Shown here: in pieces, positions 19,408 to 27,889 of the stretch
Numbering within the stretch: the stretch's first letter is position 1
Layout of the letters: each line of letters starts with the position of its first letter
Origin: Candidatus Bathyarchaeota archaeon
GTDB lineage: Archaea > Thermoproteota > Bathyarchaeia > Bathyarchaeales > Bathycorpusculaceae
DNA length: 64,000 bases
Direction: 5' to 3'
Assembly: GCA_963772455.1 (NCBI GenBank)
Contig: CAVYXJ010000013.1
Span: 64,001-128,000 of the forward strand
Translations under genes and position numbers: made by a program
Notes under the pieces: generated by a model
The model's database searches: none
What the model saw: the letters and a program-made list of their open reading frames with translations, nothing else
Told to the model about the DNA's origin: nothing

Positions 19408-20064
19408 ATGAATAACAAAGTAGGAAAACTCATAAAGACAATATCAATCGATAACAAGCCAGAACTTGTTCAGCATATTGAGAAACAATCGAATTTCAGC
19501 AACTACGTTCAAACACTCTTAGAGCAAGACCTTGCAAGACTTCACGCAACACAGCAACAAAAACAGACTGAAGCGAAAATAGAGCTAACAAAAGATGAAT
19601 ACCTCACATTCGAGCATTGTAAAAAATATTTCAGAGAATATGGCGGTATGACCTATGCAAAGTACTTCCATTACTTCCCTGTGCAAATAAGCTCCGACCA
19701 TCTGAATTGTTTATTGTTAGATGTTTATGATATTTGTAAAACGTATGCTCCAACAACCGCCGAATACATTAAGCATATTAGAGAAAACGATGAAGACTTT
19801 GATATCTTCTACGATAAAATAAGTCGTTATTGGCAACAAGAAAATCCAATACCTGAAGACTGGAAGAAAGAAATCATACCTGGAATGACATTGCATGAAG
19901 CACTTTCAAAGATTATACCTGAAGCTATCAAGCTAAAAGACAAAGATATTCCATTAACAATCAAACGAATCAGCGAGATAGTGGGGTTAACCTATCAGCA
20001 AACATACACACAACTAATGCCACATATCAGACCTATTCTAAAAGAGCTACAGGTTGAAGTTTAA
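19408..20064 (+). CDS. Putative DNA-binding element protein (RHH-like N-terminus, HTH-like C-terminus)
   Basis: GGAGGTGA RBS before ATG 19408; IKTISID...NFSNYVQTLLEQDL and LTIKRISEIVGLTYQQTY. Confidence 0.6.
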   Translation: MNNKVGKLIKTISIDNKPELVQHIEKQSNFSNYVQTLLEQDLARLHATQQQKQTEAKIELTKDEYLTFEHCKKYFREYGGMTYAKYFHYFPVQISSDHLNCLLLDVYDICKTYAPTTAEYIKHIRENDEDFDIFYDKISRYWQQENPIPEDWKKEIIPGMTLHEALSKIIPEAIKLKDKDIPLTIKRISEIVGLTYQQTYTQLMPHIRPILKELQVEV

Positions 20065-20882
20065 TAATAATAAAAAAAAATAAACCCTTTCTTTTTTGTT
20101 AAACTAATCGAGGCAATCTTAACCTGATGTTTCCTTAACGTTAACATGAATAGTGAAGTCAGCGTTACCGCAGTAAACAGCGTTATAATTGCTAACAATG
20201 AAAACTCTGGAACAGTGGGAGTTGGCGTTGGATTGGGAGTGGGAGAAGCAGATGAAGTTTCACCGATGGTTATTGTTTGTGTATCGCTCCAATCGCTTGT
20301 TTCACCGATAAAAGTCCATCCGCTTGGACTTGATTCAGAGTTATAGCTAATGTAGCCTATGAATGCTTTAACTTGAAAATCAATTTGGGAGTCAGGTGGT
20401 AACGTTGGACCGAACCCATTCCATCCAGCCGATGAATAGTCTCCTTTATACGAAAAAACCGAATACTCTGTTTTTAATTGGGCATCTTCTACCGTCAACA
20501 TAGCATATTCATCATAGGGGTAATACTTCTGATGCCAGTCTTTTTCAAAATGTCCCTTCCAATGAATCTCATAGTGAAGATAAACAGTCCTGTCCCCAAT
20601 CTGTTCCTTGATTGTAAAAGGGGTGAATGGCTGATTCTTTACCGAAAGTTGAATGGTTCTTGATTCAACATGCCGTCCAGCCTCGTTTATAACCTGTCCG
20701 TTGAAAGGGTTTACCGTTGAAGAAGGTGGAATATCATAAGAGGAGTCGATAAGGGTAACATTAAACTCAGGCACAGAGGGTTTAGGTATTGACTGAGCAT
20801 ATGCAGATTCAATCATTATCAGACTTGAAACTGCTAAGACAATAACAAGAAGTAACGAGAACCCTTTGCCGATACTGCCCAT
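20061..20882 (-). CDS. PEF-CTERM-like surface protein (IPKPSVPEF family)
   Basis: Signal peptide, AQSIPKPSVPEF, P/T linker, VPEF followed by TM and basic residues. Confidence 0.8.
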   Translation of the reverse strand: MGSIGKGFSLLLVIVLAVSSLIMIESAYAQSIPKPSVPEFNVTLIDSSYDIPPSSTVNPFNGQVINEAGRHVESRTIQLSVKNQPFTPFTIKEQIGDRTVYLHYEIHWKGHFEKDWHQKYYPYDEYAMLTVEDAQLKTEYSVFSYKGDYSSAGWNGFGPTLPPDSQIDFQVKAFIGYISYNSESSPSGWTFIGETSDWSDTQTITIGETSSASPTPNPTPTPTVPEFSLLAIITLFTAVTLTSLFMLTLRKHQVKIASISLTKKKGFIFFYYY

Positions 20883-21090
20883 ATCAAGTACTAAGAGAAT
20901 AGAAGCGATAAAAGGTTTATTCCAAAAAACTATACTATTTCAATTCTCCTAATTTGATTCGCTTTGAGAGTTGTTGTACTTTTCGAGGTTGCTTCGTTGT
21001 TGGTATCGTAAATGTTGAGAAAGCTAAAAGCTGCAAATTCCATTAGAAATAGGTTTAAGATGGAAAAACTCCATTCTTTTGCTAATGTTC

Positions 21091-21495
21091 ACCGCGTGGG
21101 TATCGTGGCAGATGAATGCTGTTTCATTGAACATGTTTGCAATTATCGAAGCTAAAATTTGAAGTAAACATTGAAACAAGGTAAAATATGCCTTAATTTT
21201 CAATTTTACAGAGAATTTTTACTCGATTTTCAACGAAAAAACATATTAAAAAGTCTGAAAATTTAGGCAATTATACTTTTTTATACATAGATGAAAATGC
21301 AATTCGATAACATACTTTACTTATCGCAAACCTTCTTTGAAAACGACCGATCAACCACCCTCTGATCGCAACACAAAAAAAACTTACTTTGTTAAAGTTA
21401 AGTTTATCAAGCTTTTCATTATAAATTTAGTTTATGCTTTTTCCTAAACGTTTGGTTTGTTTTGAGAGATGGTTTTTCGATGAGTTCTGTAAAAC
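21091..21495. repeat. Conserved block copy 2
   Basis: Colinear homologue of 11480-11890, including the ISQNKPNV-coding gene end. Confidence 0.9.
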
Positions 21496-22388
21496 AGAAG
21501 ATAGATAATAACTATAACTAATACGACAAATACGAATGGAACTATTAAGACAAAATTGTTGTCAGATACTTGAGAAGGCGTTGGCGTAGGGGTTTGCATC
21601 GGAGTTGGTAAAGGTTTTACTGAGGGCAAAGGCAAAAACGGTTCTGTCTTAATCAAATAAATCCTTCCTGTTCGTGGATTATCGAATAAATTATATCCAA
21701 CACCCAAAACAGCGAGTGCACCATTAGATGTTTCAATTATCGAAGAAATCTCAAGAGGAGCAGTGCCATCACCACCAGTGTAGGTCAGGTTTATTATCCA
21801 TTGAGTGTTGTTATTTGAATCAGTTTTAATAAGGCTGCCTTGTTCTCCATAAACAAACCCGCTATCACTTGTTTGAACGAGAGTTGGAGCACTGCCTAAG
21901 TCTGGTACACTTGAATAATTTTGAATCCATTGGATGTTTCCTTGAGAATCTGTTTTAATTAAAGTAGGAGTGAATTCACGTGCCCCTCCGCCAATTAAAG
22001 CGGAAAACCAGCTTCCTGATAATTCATATCCTTCATCGCTTGTTTGGATAAATGTTGTTGCTCTAAAGTAACTGATGGTTTTATTCCATTGTAAATTGCC
22101 TGATGAATCAACTTTGTATAGGGTTGATGGTCTAATAGTGTACTGGTATGACCAACCCAAATTCACGAAAACGTACCCTCCATCACTTGTTTGAATTAGG
22201 TTTGAAGTTGATTCAACATTAGTGTCGCCATAAGGACCAGAATCACCGTAATCTTTTTGCCATTGTATAGTGGGAGCAGAAGTAAATGTGGTTGATTGGG
22301 CTTTCACGGTTGCAGGTTCAAGTGTAATTAAAGAAGTTAGGAACAACGCAACAAGAACCAATGCAAAACTCTTGCTTTTCTTACCCAT
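21444..22388 (-). CDS. Surface protein with QTSDGG-type (beta-propeller-like) repeats and C-terminal TM
   Basis: Repeats LIQTSDGGY / FIQTSDEGY / LVQTSDSGF with KTDSxGNxQW; P/T linker, TM, tail ISQNKPNV. Confidence 0.8.
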   Translation of the reverse strand: MGKKSKSFALVLVALFLTSLITLEPATVKAQSTTFTSAPTIQWQKDYGDSGPYGDTNVESTSNLIQTSDGGYVFVNLGWSYQYTIRPSTLYKVDSSGNLQWNKTISYFRATTFIQTSDEGYELSGSWFSALIGGGAREFTPTLIKTDSQGNIQWIQNYSSVPDLGSAPTLVQTSDSGFVYGEQGSLIKTDSNNNTQWIINLTYTGGDGTAPLEISSIIETSNGALAVLGVGYNLFDNPRTGRIYLIKTEPFLPLPSVKPLPTPMQTPTPTPSQVSDNNFVLIVPFVFVVLVIVIIYLLFYRTHRKTISQNKPNV

Positions 22389-22447
22389 AGTAAGCTGATA
22401 GAACCATTTCAGATAAAAGACTTCTCGTTCAAGACTCTTGACTAAGC
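22385..22447. repeat. Junction module (single palindrome)
   Basis: CCCATAGTAAGCTGATAGAACC...AGATAAAAGACTTCTCGTTCAAGACTCTTGACTAAG resembles 13009-13071; palindrome at 22427-22442. Confidence 0.85.
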
Positions 22448-22510
22448 ACTATTTGCGTTTTCTGTATGTATTATTTAGGCGAAGATGTCAGAGCATTCAG
22501 TAGATAAGTA

Positions 22511-23230
22511 TTAGGAATAGAAAATAACTTTGAGATATTTTTGCTCACTTTTTTTGTTCTTCAATTGCGATATAAGTGTAACAGTAATTATTGCTGCAGC
22601 AATTAGAAAAGCAACACCTATGTATAGATACAAATTATCCTTCTCCATTTGGGCAGTATAAGTTACCAAATACTCTTTAAAGTCAAAAACTTGTACGAAT
22701 CCTCCATGTAGAAAAATTGCAGTATAGTAATTGCCTGATTCTGTAGCCCTAAAAGCTACTGCTCCATTCTTCCTTGCTACATTTGATGCCTCAAAATTAG
22801 TTCCATTTTTACTTGCCCATGCCGAGAAGTCAAAACTGTTATTGTTTAACTGAATAACAACTGATTTAAAGTTGGTAAATTGTTGCTCAGAAAAAATGAA
22901 GCCAGTTACGTAAATATCTGTGTCCCACTTAGCTTCTATGCCTTGTCCTGCGTGGAGAGATATTGGTGGTAGATTGAGAAAATCAGTATTAGGTGGCTGA
23001 AATGGAGGATAATAATAGTTCCCATTTAGGTATGTGTTATTTACTGATGCTACTGGATTTGGGTAGTTTATGTTTGGAGTATCAGTTTGATAAGAACTCC
23101 TTATTGGAGCAGTATGTGGAGAAGCAAAGTTGAGAGAGATAAAAAATGCGCCCGTTAGAAGCAATATTAAGATAACTATTTTTACTATATTTCTAAGTCT
23201 GAATCTCTCTACCTTTGGCTTCATATCCAT
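22511..23230 (-). CDS. Membrane protein with N- and C-terminal TMs and an extracellular beta domain
   Basis: Likely start MDMKPK (23230); two hydrophobic segments. Confidence 0.7.
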   Translation of the reverse strand: MDMKPKVERFRLRNIVKIVILILLLTGAFFISLNFASPHTAPIRSSYQTDTPNINYPNPVASVNNTYLNGNYYYPPFQPPNTDFLNLPPISLHAGQGIEAKWDTDIYVTGFIFSEQQFTNFKSVVIQLNNNSFDFSAWASKNGTNFEASNVARKNGAVAFRATESGNYYTAIFLHGGFVQVFDFKEYLVTYTAQMEKDNLYLYIGVAFLIAAAIITVTLISQLKNKKSEQKYLKVIFYS

Positions 23231-23249
23231 ATTCTGTAAGATGTTAGTC

Positions 23250-23350
23250 CATAAAAGCCTTGCAGTAAACAATTCTTGACTGAGATTCGTAAAATTTCCT
23301 TTACTAAGTTAAGTTTGTGTTTTTTGTGGTAGACCAACAAACCAGCAGAT
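23250..23350. repeat. Junction module
   Basis: Palindromes at 23265-23280 and 23289-23304, followed by GTTTGTGTTTTTTGTGGTAGACCAACAAACCAGCAGAT. Confidence 0.8.
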
Positions 23351-24130
23351 GACACCATAATAGTTCAGTAGCAGAGGAATTGTCCATAAGGGAAACTCTG
23401 GAACTGTCGGGGTGGGTGTCGATGATGTTATGGTTGGAGTTGGTGTTAAATTTGGTGAGGGTGAGGTTGAAGTGGAAGTTGGAAGAGGTTCAGGATAAAT
23501 CAATGTTGGATATGGGGAATTATCAATACTGCTTGCAAAAACGTTTGCAGTATCACTTTGGTTAATTGTCACAGTAAGCGTATTGCTCCATCCACTATCT
23601 TGACCATTAATCACGGGATAGGGAAAAAGTGGTTGTATAACCCAGCTTTGGTAGCCAATCATAGATATTACTTGAACATCAATCACTGAACCTTTAGAAA
23701 AATCTTGGTGGATAGTGAAATAGGTAAAAACAGAACTATAGTTTCTATTTAGGAAGCCCTCGTCTTCTCCGCCATAAAGATATTGCCAATATTCACCAAA
23801 GTGTCCCTTATAGCGGACATTGTAGAAGAAGTTAAGGTCACGTCTTGTACCATTGGGGTTTGTTAGTACAAACTGGTTGAAGGGTTGATTTTTGATTTTC
23901 CCTTCAATTTTTATATCGGTAATATGTCTGCTGGGAATAGTCGTTTGTTGCCCAGTATAGGGGTCTGTTTGGATTGTTGCAGTAGTATCATATGAATTAT
24001 CAACCACTTGGATAGAAAACTGCGGAACAGATGGTTTAGGAATAGTTTGAGCATTGACGGATTCTGTCAAAAATACAGAGAAGGCTAAGATAACTACAAT
24101 TAGTACTGAGAAACCCTTGATACATTCCAT
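23309..24130 (-). CDS. PEF-CTERM-like surface protein (IPKPSVPQF family); apparent frameshift in the TM near 23360
   Basis: Start MECIKG; AQTIPKPSVPQF; VPEFP; the alternative frame restores SAGLLVYHKKHKLNLVKE. Confidence 0.8.
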   Translation of the reverse strand: MECIKGFSVLIVVILAFSVFLTESVNAQTIPKPSVPQFSIQVVDNSYDTTATIQTDPYTGQQTTIPSRHITDIKIEGKIKNQPFNQFVLTNPNGTRRDLNFFYNVRYKGHFGEYWQYLYGGEDEGFLNRNYSSVFTYFTIHQDFSKGSVIDVQVISMIGYQSWVIQPLFPYPVINGQDSGWSNTLTVTINQSDTANVFASSIDNSPYPTLIYPEPLPTSTSTSPSPNLTPTPTITSSTPTPTVPEFPLWTIPLLLNYYGVICWFVGLPQKTQT

Positions 24131-24947
24131 GTTTAAGGTTAGGGTTGGTTTGTAGATAAAAGACTTCTCGTACAAGACTCTTGACTAAGAGCAGTAAAAC
24201 TTTCTTGACTAAGTTGTGTTTGTGTTTTTTGTGGTAGACCAACAAACCAGCTAACACCAGCGTTATTGTTAGTAGTAGCGGAATTGTCAATGAGGAAAAC
24301 TCTGGAACGGTAGGAGTTGGCGTTGAATTAGGTGAGGGTGAAGTTGAAGTGGAAGTCTCAGGTATGGTTATTGTTTGTGTTTTACTCCAACCACTTGCTT
24401 CACCTGTAAAAACCCAAGGAGCCAAAGGTAGTTGCTGGTCTCTGAAGGAATTGCCTATCAACGCTTCAACTTGAAAATCTGCTTGACTGCCTGAAGGAAT
24501 ACTCAAAATTCTTAGACTCGAATGCAAAGACTCTGCTCCCGACAAAGCGAATGAAATGATGGTACTTTGATTTCCTGAATCTTGACTTGGATATGCATCA
24601 GGACTAAAAAGCTCCTGCCAATCGGTTGAAGAATGTTCCTTCCAGCGAACATTATAGAAAAATCCAATTCCAAAGGTATCATCAACATAAGGTTGATTCT
24701 TAATAATTATCTTTACGGCACTATATTCCATATGATATCCATTATCATTAGCTTCAAACAGTCCAGTGCTGGGATTAAGAGAGTAAGTTGGTGGTTTGTC
24801 AAAAGATGGACCTATTAACTCTAAGGTGAATTGCGGAACAGATGGTTTTGGTATTGTTTGAGCATTTACAGATTCAACCATCAGTAGACTTAGACTTGAG
24901 ATAGCCATTGTTAAAATCAGAACTATTGCTAAATTCTTGCTATTCAT
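24036..24947 (-). CDS. PEF-CTERM-like surface protein (IPKPSVPQF family), reading through the junction module
   Basis: AQTIPKPSVPQF, VPEF, TM, AGLLVYHKKHKHNLVKKV; lacks the usual stop in the palindrome and so extends into the next gene. Confidence 0.8.
   Translation of the reverse strand: MNSKNLAIVLILTMAISSLSLLMVESVNAQTIPKPSVPQFTLELIGPSFDKPPTYSLNPSTGLFEANDNGYHMEYSAVKIIIKNQPYVDDTFGIGFFYNVRWKEHSSTDWQELFSPDAYPSQDSGNQSTIISFALSGAESLHSSLRILSIPSGSQADFQVEALIGNSFRDQQLPLAPWVFTGEASGWSKTQTITIPETSTSTSPSPNSTPTPTVPEFSSLTIPLLLTITLVLAGLLVYHKKHKHNLVKKVLLLLVKSLVREVFYLQTNPNLKHGMYQGFLSTNCSYLSLLCIFDRIRQCSNYS
24143..24251. repeat. Junction module
   Basis: Palindromes at 24170-24185 and 24194-24209; near-identical to 13040-13135. 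Confidence 0.85.
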
Positions 24948-26184
24948 TGGTGGTCCTTCTATGCTTGAGGTAAACTGCAGCTAAGAGTACAGGCACAAAG
25001 AATGTTAAAATTGCCAATACTGGAAACTCTGGAACGGTAGGTGTAGCTGTTGGTGACAAGGTAGGTGTTGGTTTAGGGGTTGTTGTAGGGGTTGAGGTGG
25101 GAATCGTTGGTGCTTCAGGGTTTGGTGCAGTTAAAAAGGGTGTGAAATTGACTGTACCTAAATTGAAATCATTCTTTTTATCATGGATTGTTTGGCTTAT
25201 CATTGCTGAATTGGTTGTTCCCCACCAATTATTAGTAGCATCCACATTTTCATTAGCTTCTGGAGCTAAGTGTATGTTTTCAGAGTTTCCGTAGATATTG
25301 TTGTTATTAATGCGTGGAGTAGGGTAGGCGATTATGCCAACTGTATTGTTAACTATTGTATTCTTTAGAATAATGCTATGGCTTGCCACTATTCCTTGAT
25401 AGTTATTGATGACTATGTTTTCTTCAACCCTGCAAGAAGGACCTGATTTGATCCCAACTTTGCACCCATAGACTGTATTATTAGATAGAACATAGATGTC
25501 ATGAAAACTGTTGTAAATAATGCCTATTTCTCCACCAATAACCGTGTTGTTTGAAATCGTGGAGGCATCATCGTCTGTATAAATTCCCCAATTAATGTTA
25601 TGAACTACATTGCCTGAAATCGTTGCTGAAGACTTAAAAATTGACATCGTATCCCATTCGCCAAATATTTCATTGTTCGTAATTATAGTTGAACTATATT
25701 GACAGCTTATGTATCCTGTTATTGTGTTGTCGTTTATTTTTGGGGATGTGCCATTAATTTTTATCCAGATTGATTTTAATATGGAGTTTTCTATTATGGA
25801 GCCTAATTGTGTGTTTTTGTTCCAGCTTGGGCTTGGATTCATAAATTCGATATATGATGCTCTATTATCGCCACCGTTGAAATTTACTTTTTCAGTGTTG
25901 CTGCCTTTTGCATTTATTGTGCCATTTACTAATAGGTAATGGTTGTTAAGGTTTACAGTGGCTCCAGAATCAATTGTTAATGTTGCTCCTTGACTTATGG
26001 CTACAGGACCTGCAAGATTGTATGGGCTGTTTGCTTTGGTCCAAGTTGTATCTGAGTTTATTATCATACTGTTGATGGTAGTACCGTTTTGAGCTAATCC
26101 AAAAGGTGTAGTTCCAACAATTATTAAACTCGATACAGCCATAATTAGAACAAGGAATACTGCAAAACTCTTACTTACACCCAT
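24940..26184 (-). CDS. Right-handed beta-helix surface protein with PEF-CTERM-like anchor
   Basis: DTTWTKANSPY, beta-helix repeats, VDATNNWWGT, P/T linker, VPEFP followed by TM. Confidence 0.85.
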   Translation of the reverse strand: MGVSKSFAVFLVLIMAVSSLIIVGTTPFGLAQNGTTINSMIINSDTTWTKANSPYNLAGPVAISQGATLTIDSGATVNLNNHYLLVNGTINAKGSNTEKVNFNGGDNRASYIEFMNPSPSWNKNTQLGSIIENSILKSIWIKINGTSPKINDNTITGYISCQYSSTIITNNEIFGEWDTMSIFKSSATISGNVVHNINWGIYTDDDASTISNNTVIGGEIGIIYNSFHDIYVLSNNTVYGCKVGIKSGPSCRVEENIVINNYQGIVASHSIILKNTIVNNTVGIIAYPTPRINNNNIYGNSENIHLAPEANENVDATNNWWGTTNSAMISQTIHDKKNDFNLGTVNFTPFLTAPNPEAPTIPTSTPTTTPKPTPTLSPTATPTVPEFPVLAILTFFVPVLLAAVYLKHRRTTNE

Positions 26185-26204
26185 AGTCAACTTATAGAAC
26201 TCAT

Positions 26205-26545
26205 TTTAGATAAAAGACTTCTCGTAAACGTCTATTGACTAAGCCAAGTCAAGGTTTCTTAACTAACAAAAGGTAGACCTTCCACCTCGCCGCCATTCCT
26301 ATAAAGGTGCATCCGGACAACAGACACGTGTAAAACGTGGAGGTCAACAAAATGATAACACAAGTTAGTTCAACAATCGAGTTAAACCCTGAATTAGCGA
26401 ATTTAGCCTATGAAATGGGTTTAAATGCGTCAAAAATCTGTGAAAACGCCCTTAAATCGGCAATAAGGTGCCTTCAAGGCGTGAACTTGAATAAGTGTTT
26501 GGTGGACGAGCCGGGATTTGAACCCGCGACCTCCACGATGCCAAC
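26205..26545. repeat. Array-head/int(N) repeat copy 2
   Basis: Palindromes at 26224-26239 and 26248-26263, then sequence homologous to 16288-16567. Confidence 0.9.
26352..26545 (+). pseudogene. int(N): N-terminal fragment of the split integrase
   Basis: MITQVSSTIELNPELANLAYEMGLNASKICENALKSAIRCLQG, highly similar to the 16374 N-terminus; runs into the antisense of tRNA-Ala. Confidence 0.85.
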
Positions 26546-26577
26546 GTGGCGATCATGCCAGACTGATCTACTCGCCC
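26500..26577 (-). tRNA. tRNA-Ala(GGC)
   Basis: Acceptor GGGCGAG/CTCGTCC with G3:U70, anticodon arm CCACG-TTGGCAT-CGTGG, T-loop TTCAAAT, encoded CCA. Confidence 0.95.
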
Positions 26578-26821
26578 AAATTTATCTGGCTTCTGAAAGT
26601 TACCCCGCCTCATTTAATAAGCGTTTCTTATAGAGCCAAGGAAACCATCAAAAAACATTGTTGGAAAAACTTAGATGTTGTATCGACTGAAAGAAGTTAA
26701 CTCTAAGCAATGAATTTTATTATTGCTTTTTTTTAGGGCTTTTTCGACATTAATTCCGGTTCCAAAGGTTTATGCGGCGTAGCTTTTTATAAGGCAAACG
26801 CAAATAGAAAAGCCAAGCAAG

Positions 26822-27886
26822 GTGCAAAAAGTAATGCCTAAAGTTAAAGTTGCATTAATCGGCGTTGGAAACTGCGCCTCATCATTCGTTCAAGGCATCC
26901 AATACTATGGAAAACTTGAGAAACCACAAGACTGTTTTGGATTACGTAACCCAGTTCTAGCAGGTTTAAGTCCCAAAGACATCCAAGTAGTCGCGGCGTT
27001 TGATGTGGATGATCGCAAAGTCGGCAAAGATCTCTCTGAAGCGATTTTCGCCACCCCAAATAATGCACCCAAAGTTTGTGATATCGCTCCAACAGGTGTT
27101 AAAGTCAGTAAAGGTCCATTGCTCGACGGTGTTGGAGATCAAACTAAAAAAATCGTTCAAGTCAGCAAGTTACCAGATGCAGACGCTGTTAAAGTTCTTA
27201 AAGCAGCAAGCGCAGAAATCCTGATTAATTTGCTTCCAAGTGGAGCCACAAAAGCATCCCAATGGTACGCAGAACAAGCACTTGCTGCCGGCTGCGCTTT
27301 TGTTAATGCTACACCAAACTTTATAGCAAGCGACCTTACATGGGCTAAAAAGTTTGAGGCAGCAAAGCTTCCGCTTGTAGGCGACGACTTAGTTGATCAA
27401 GTCGGATCAACTGCCCTCCACAAGACGTTGCTTAAATTGCTCTCAGATAGTGGTGTTCGAATTGACGAAACCTATCAGCTTGATGTGGGTGGAGGAACTG
27501 AATCCGTTGATACCATGGATCGATCACGCGATGCAAAACGTACAATAAAAACTGAATCAGTGGCAGCATCAATACCTTACAAAGCCGAAATAGTCGCAGG
27601 CTCAACCGACTATGTAGATTTCCTACAGAACAAACGTGATAGTTACTTTTGGATAAGCGGTGCCTACTTCTGCAATGCACCCATGAAAATCGACCTTAAA
27701 TTCCAAACTGTGGACGCACCTAACGCTGGAAGCGTTCTCTTTGATGTAGTGCGAGCAGTAAAATTGGCCTTGAACAAGAAACTCAACGGAGCAGTAGAGT
27801 CAGTTTGCGCTTACGGATTTAAGCGTCCACCGAAAATGGTGTCGCTTGAAGTTGCAGAAAAAGAATTCGCAAAATTCATAGCTTAG
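26822..27886 (+). CDS. ino1: myo-inositol-1-phosphate synthase
   Basis: IGVGNCASSFVQG, AAFDVDDRKVGKDL, LVGDD, DAPNAG. Confidence 0.9.
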   Translation: MQKVMPKVKVALIGVGNCASSFVQGIQYYGKLEKPQDCFGLRNPVLAGLSPKDIQVVAAFDVDDRKVGKDLSEAIFATPNNAPKVCDIAPTGVKVSKGPLLDGVGDQTKKIVQVSKLPDADAVKVLKAASAEILINLLPSGATKASQWYAEQALAAGCAFVNATPNFIASDLTWAKKFEAAKLPLVGDDLVDQVGSTALHKTLLKLLSDSGVRIDETYQLDVGGGTESVDTMDRSRDAKRTIKTESVAASIPYKAEIVAGSTDYVDFLQNKRDSYFWISGAYFCNAPMKIDLKFQTVDAPNAGSVLFDVVRAVKLALNKKLNGAVESVCAYGFKRPPKMVSLEVAEKEFAKFIA

Positions 27887-27889
27887 ACG

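Larger units (their letters stand above)
11480..26577. mobile_element. Composite integrative island at tRNA-Ala(GGC): one complete SSV-type element (16522-26545) plus a tandem partial unit (11480-16567)
   Basis: 46-bp direct repeat of the tRNA 3' half (16522-16567 and 26500-26545), split tyrosine integrase, duplicated int(N) with its upstream region, duplicated ~400 bp block (11480-11890 and 21091-21495), cargo of surface-protein genes. Confidence 0.88.

Noticed and set aside
11838-26190. Diversity-generating retroelement acting on the surface genes
   Set aside because: There is no reverse transcriptase in the window, and repeat differences are not adenine-specific.
13040-26263. Junction repeats as a CRISPR array or classical attC sites
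   Set aside because: They are separated by ~1 kb genes rather than 30-40 bp spacers, no cas genes are present, and there is no RYYYAAC/GTTRRRY-bounded hairpin or IntI-type integrase.
26546-26700. ORF extensions 26337-26633 and 26518-26700 as real genes
   Set aside because: They are antisense read-through of the tRNA-Ala gene beyond the int(N) fragment.
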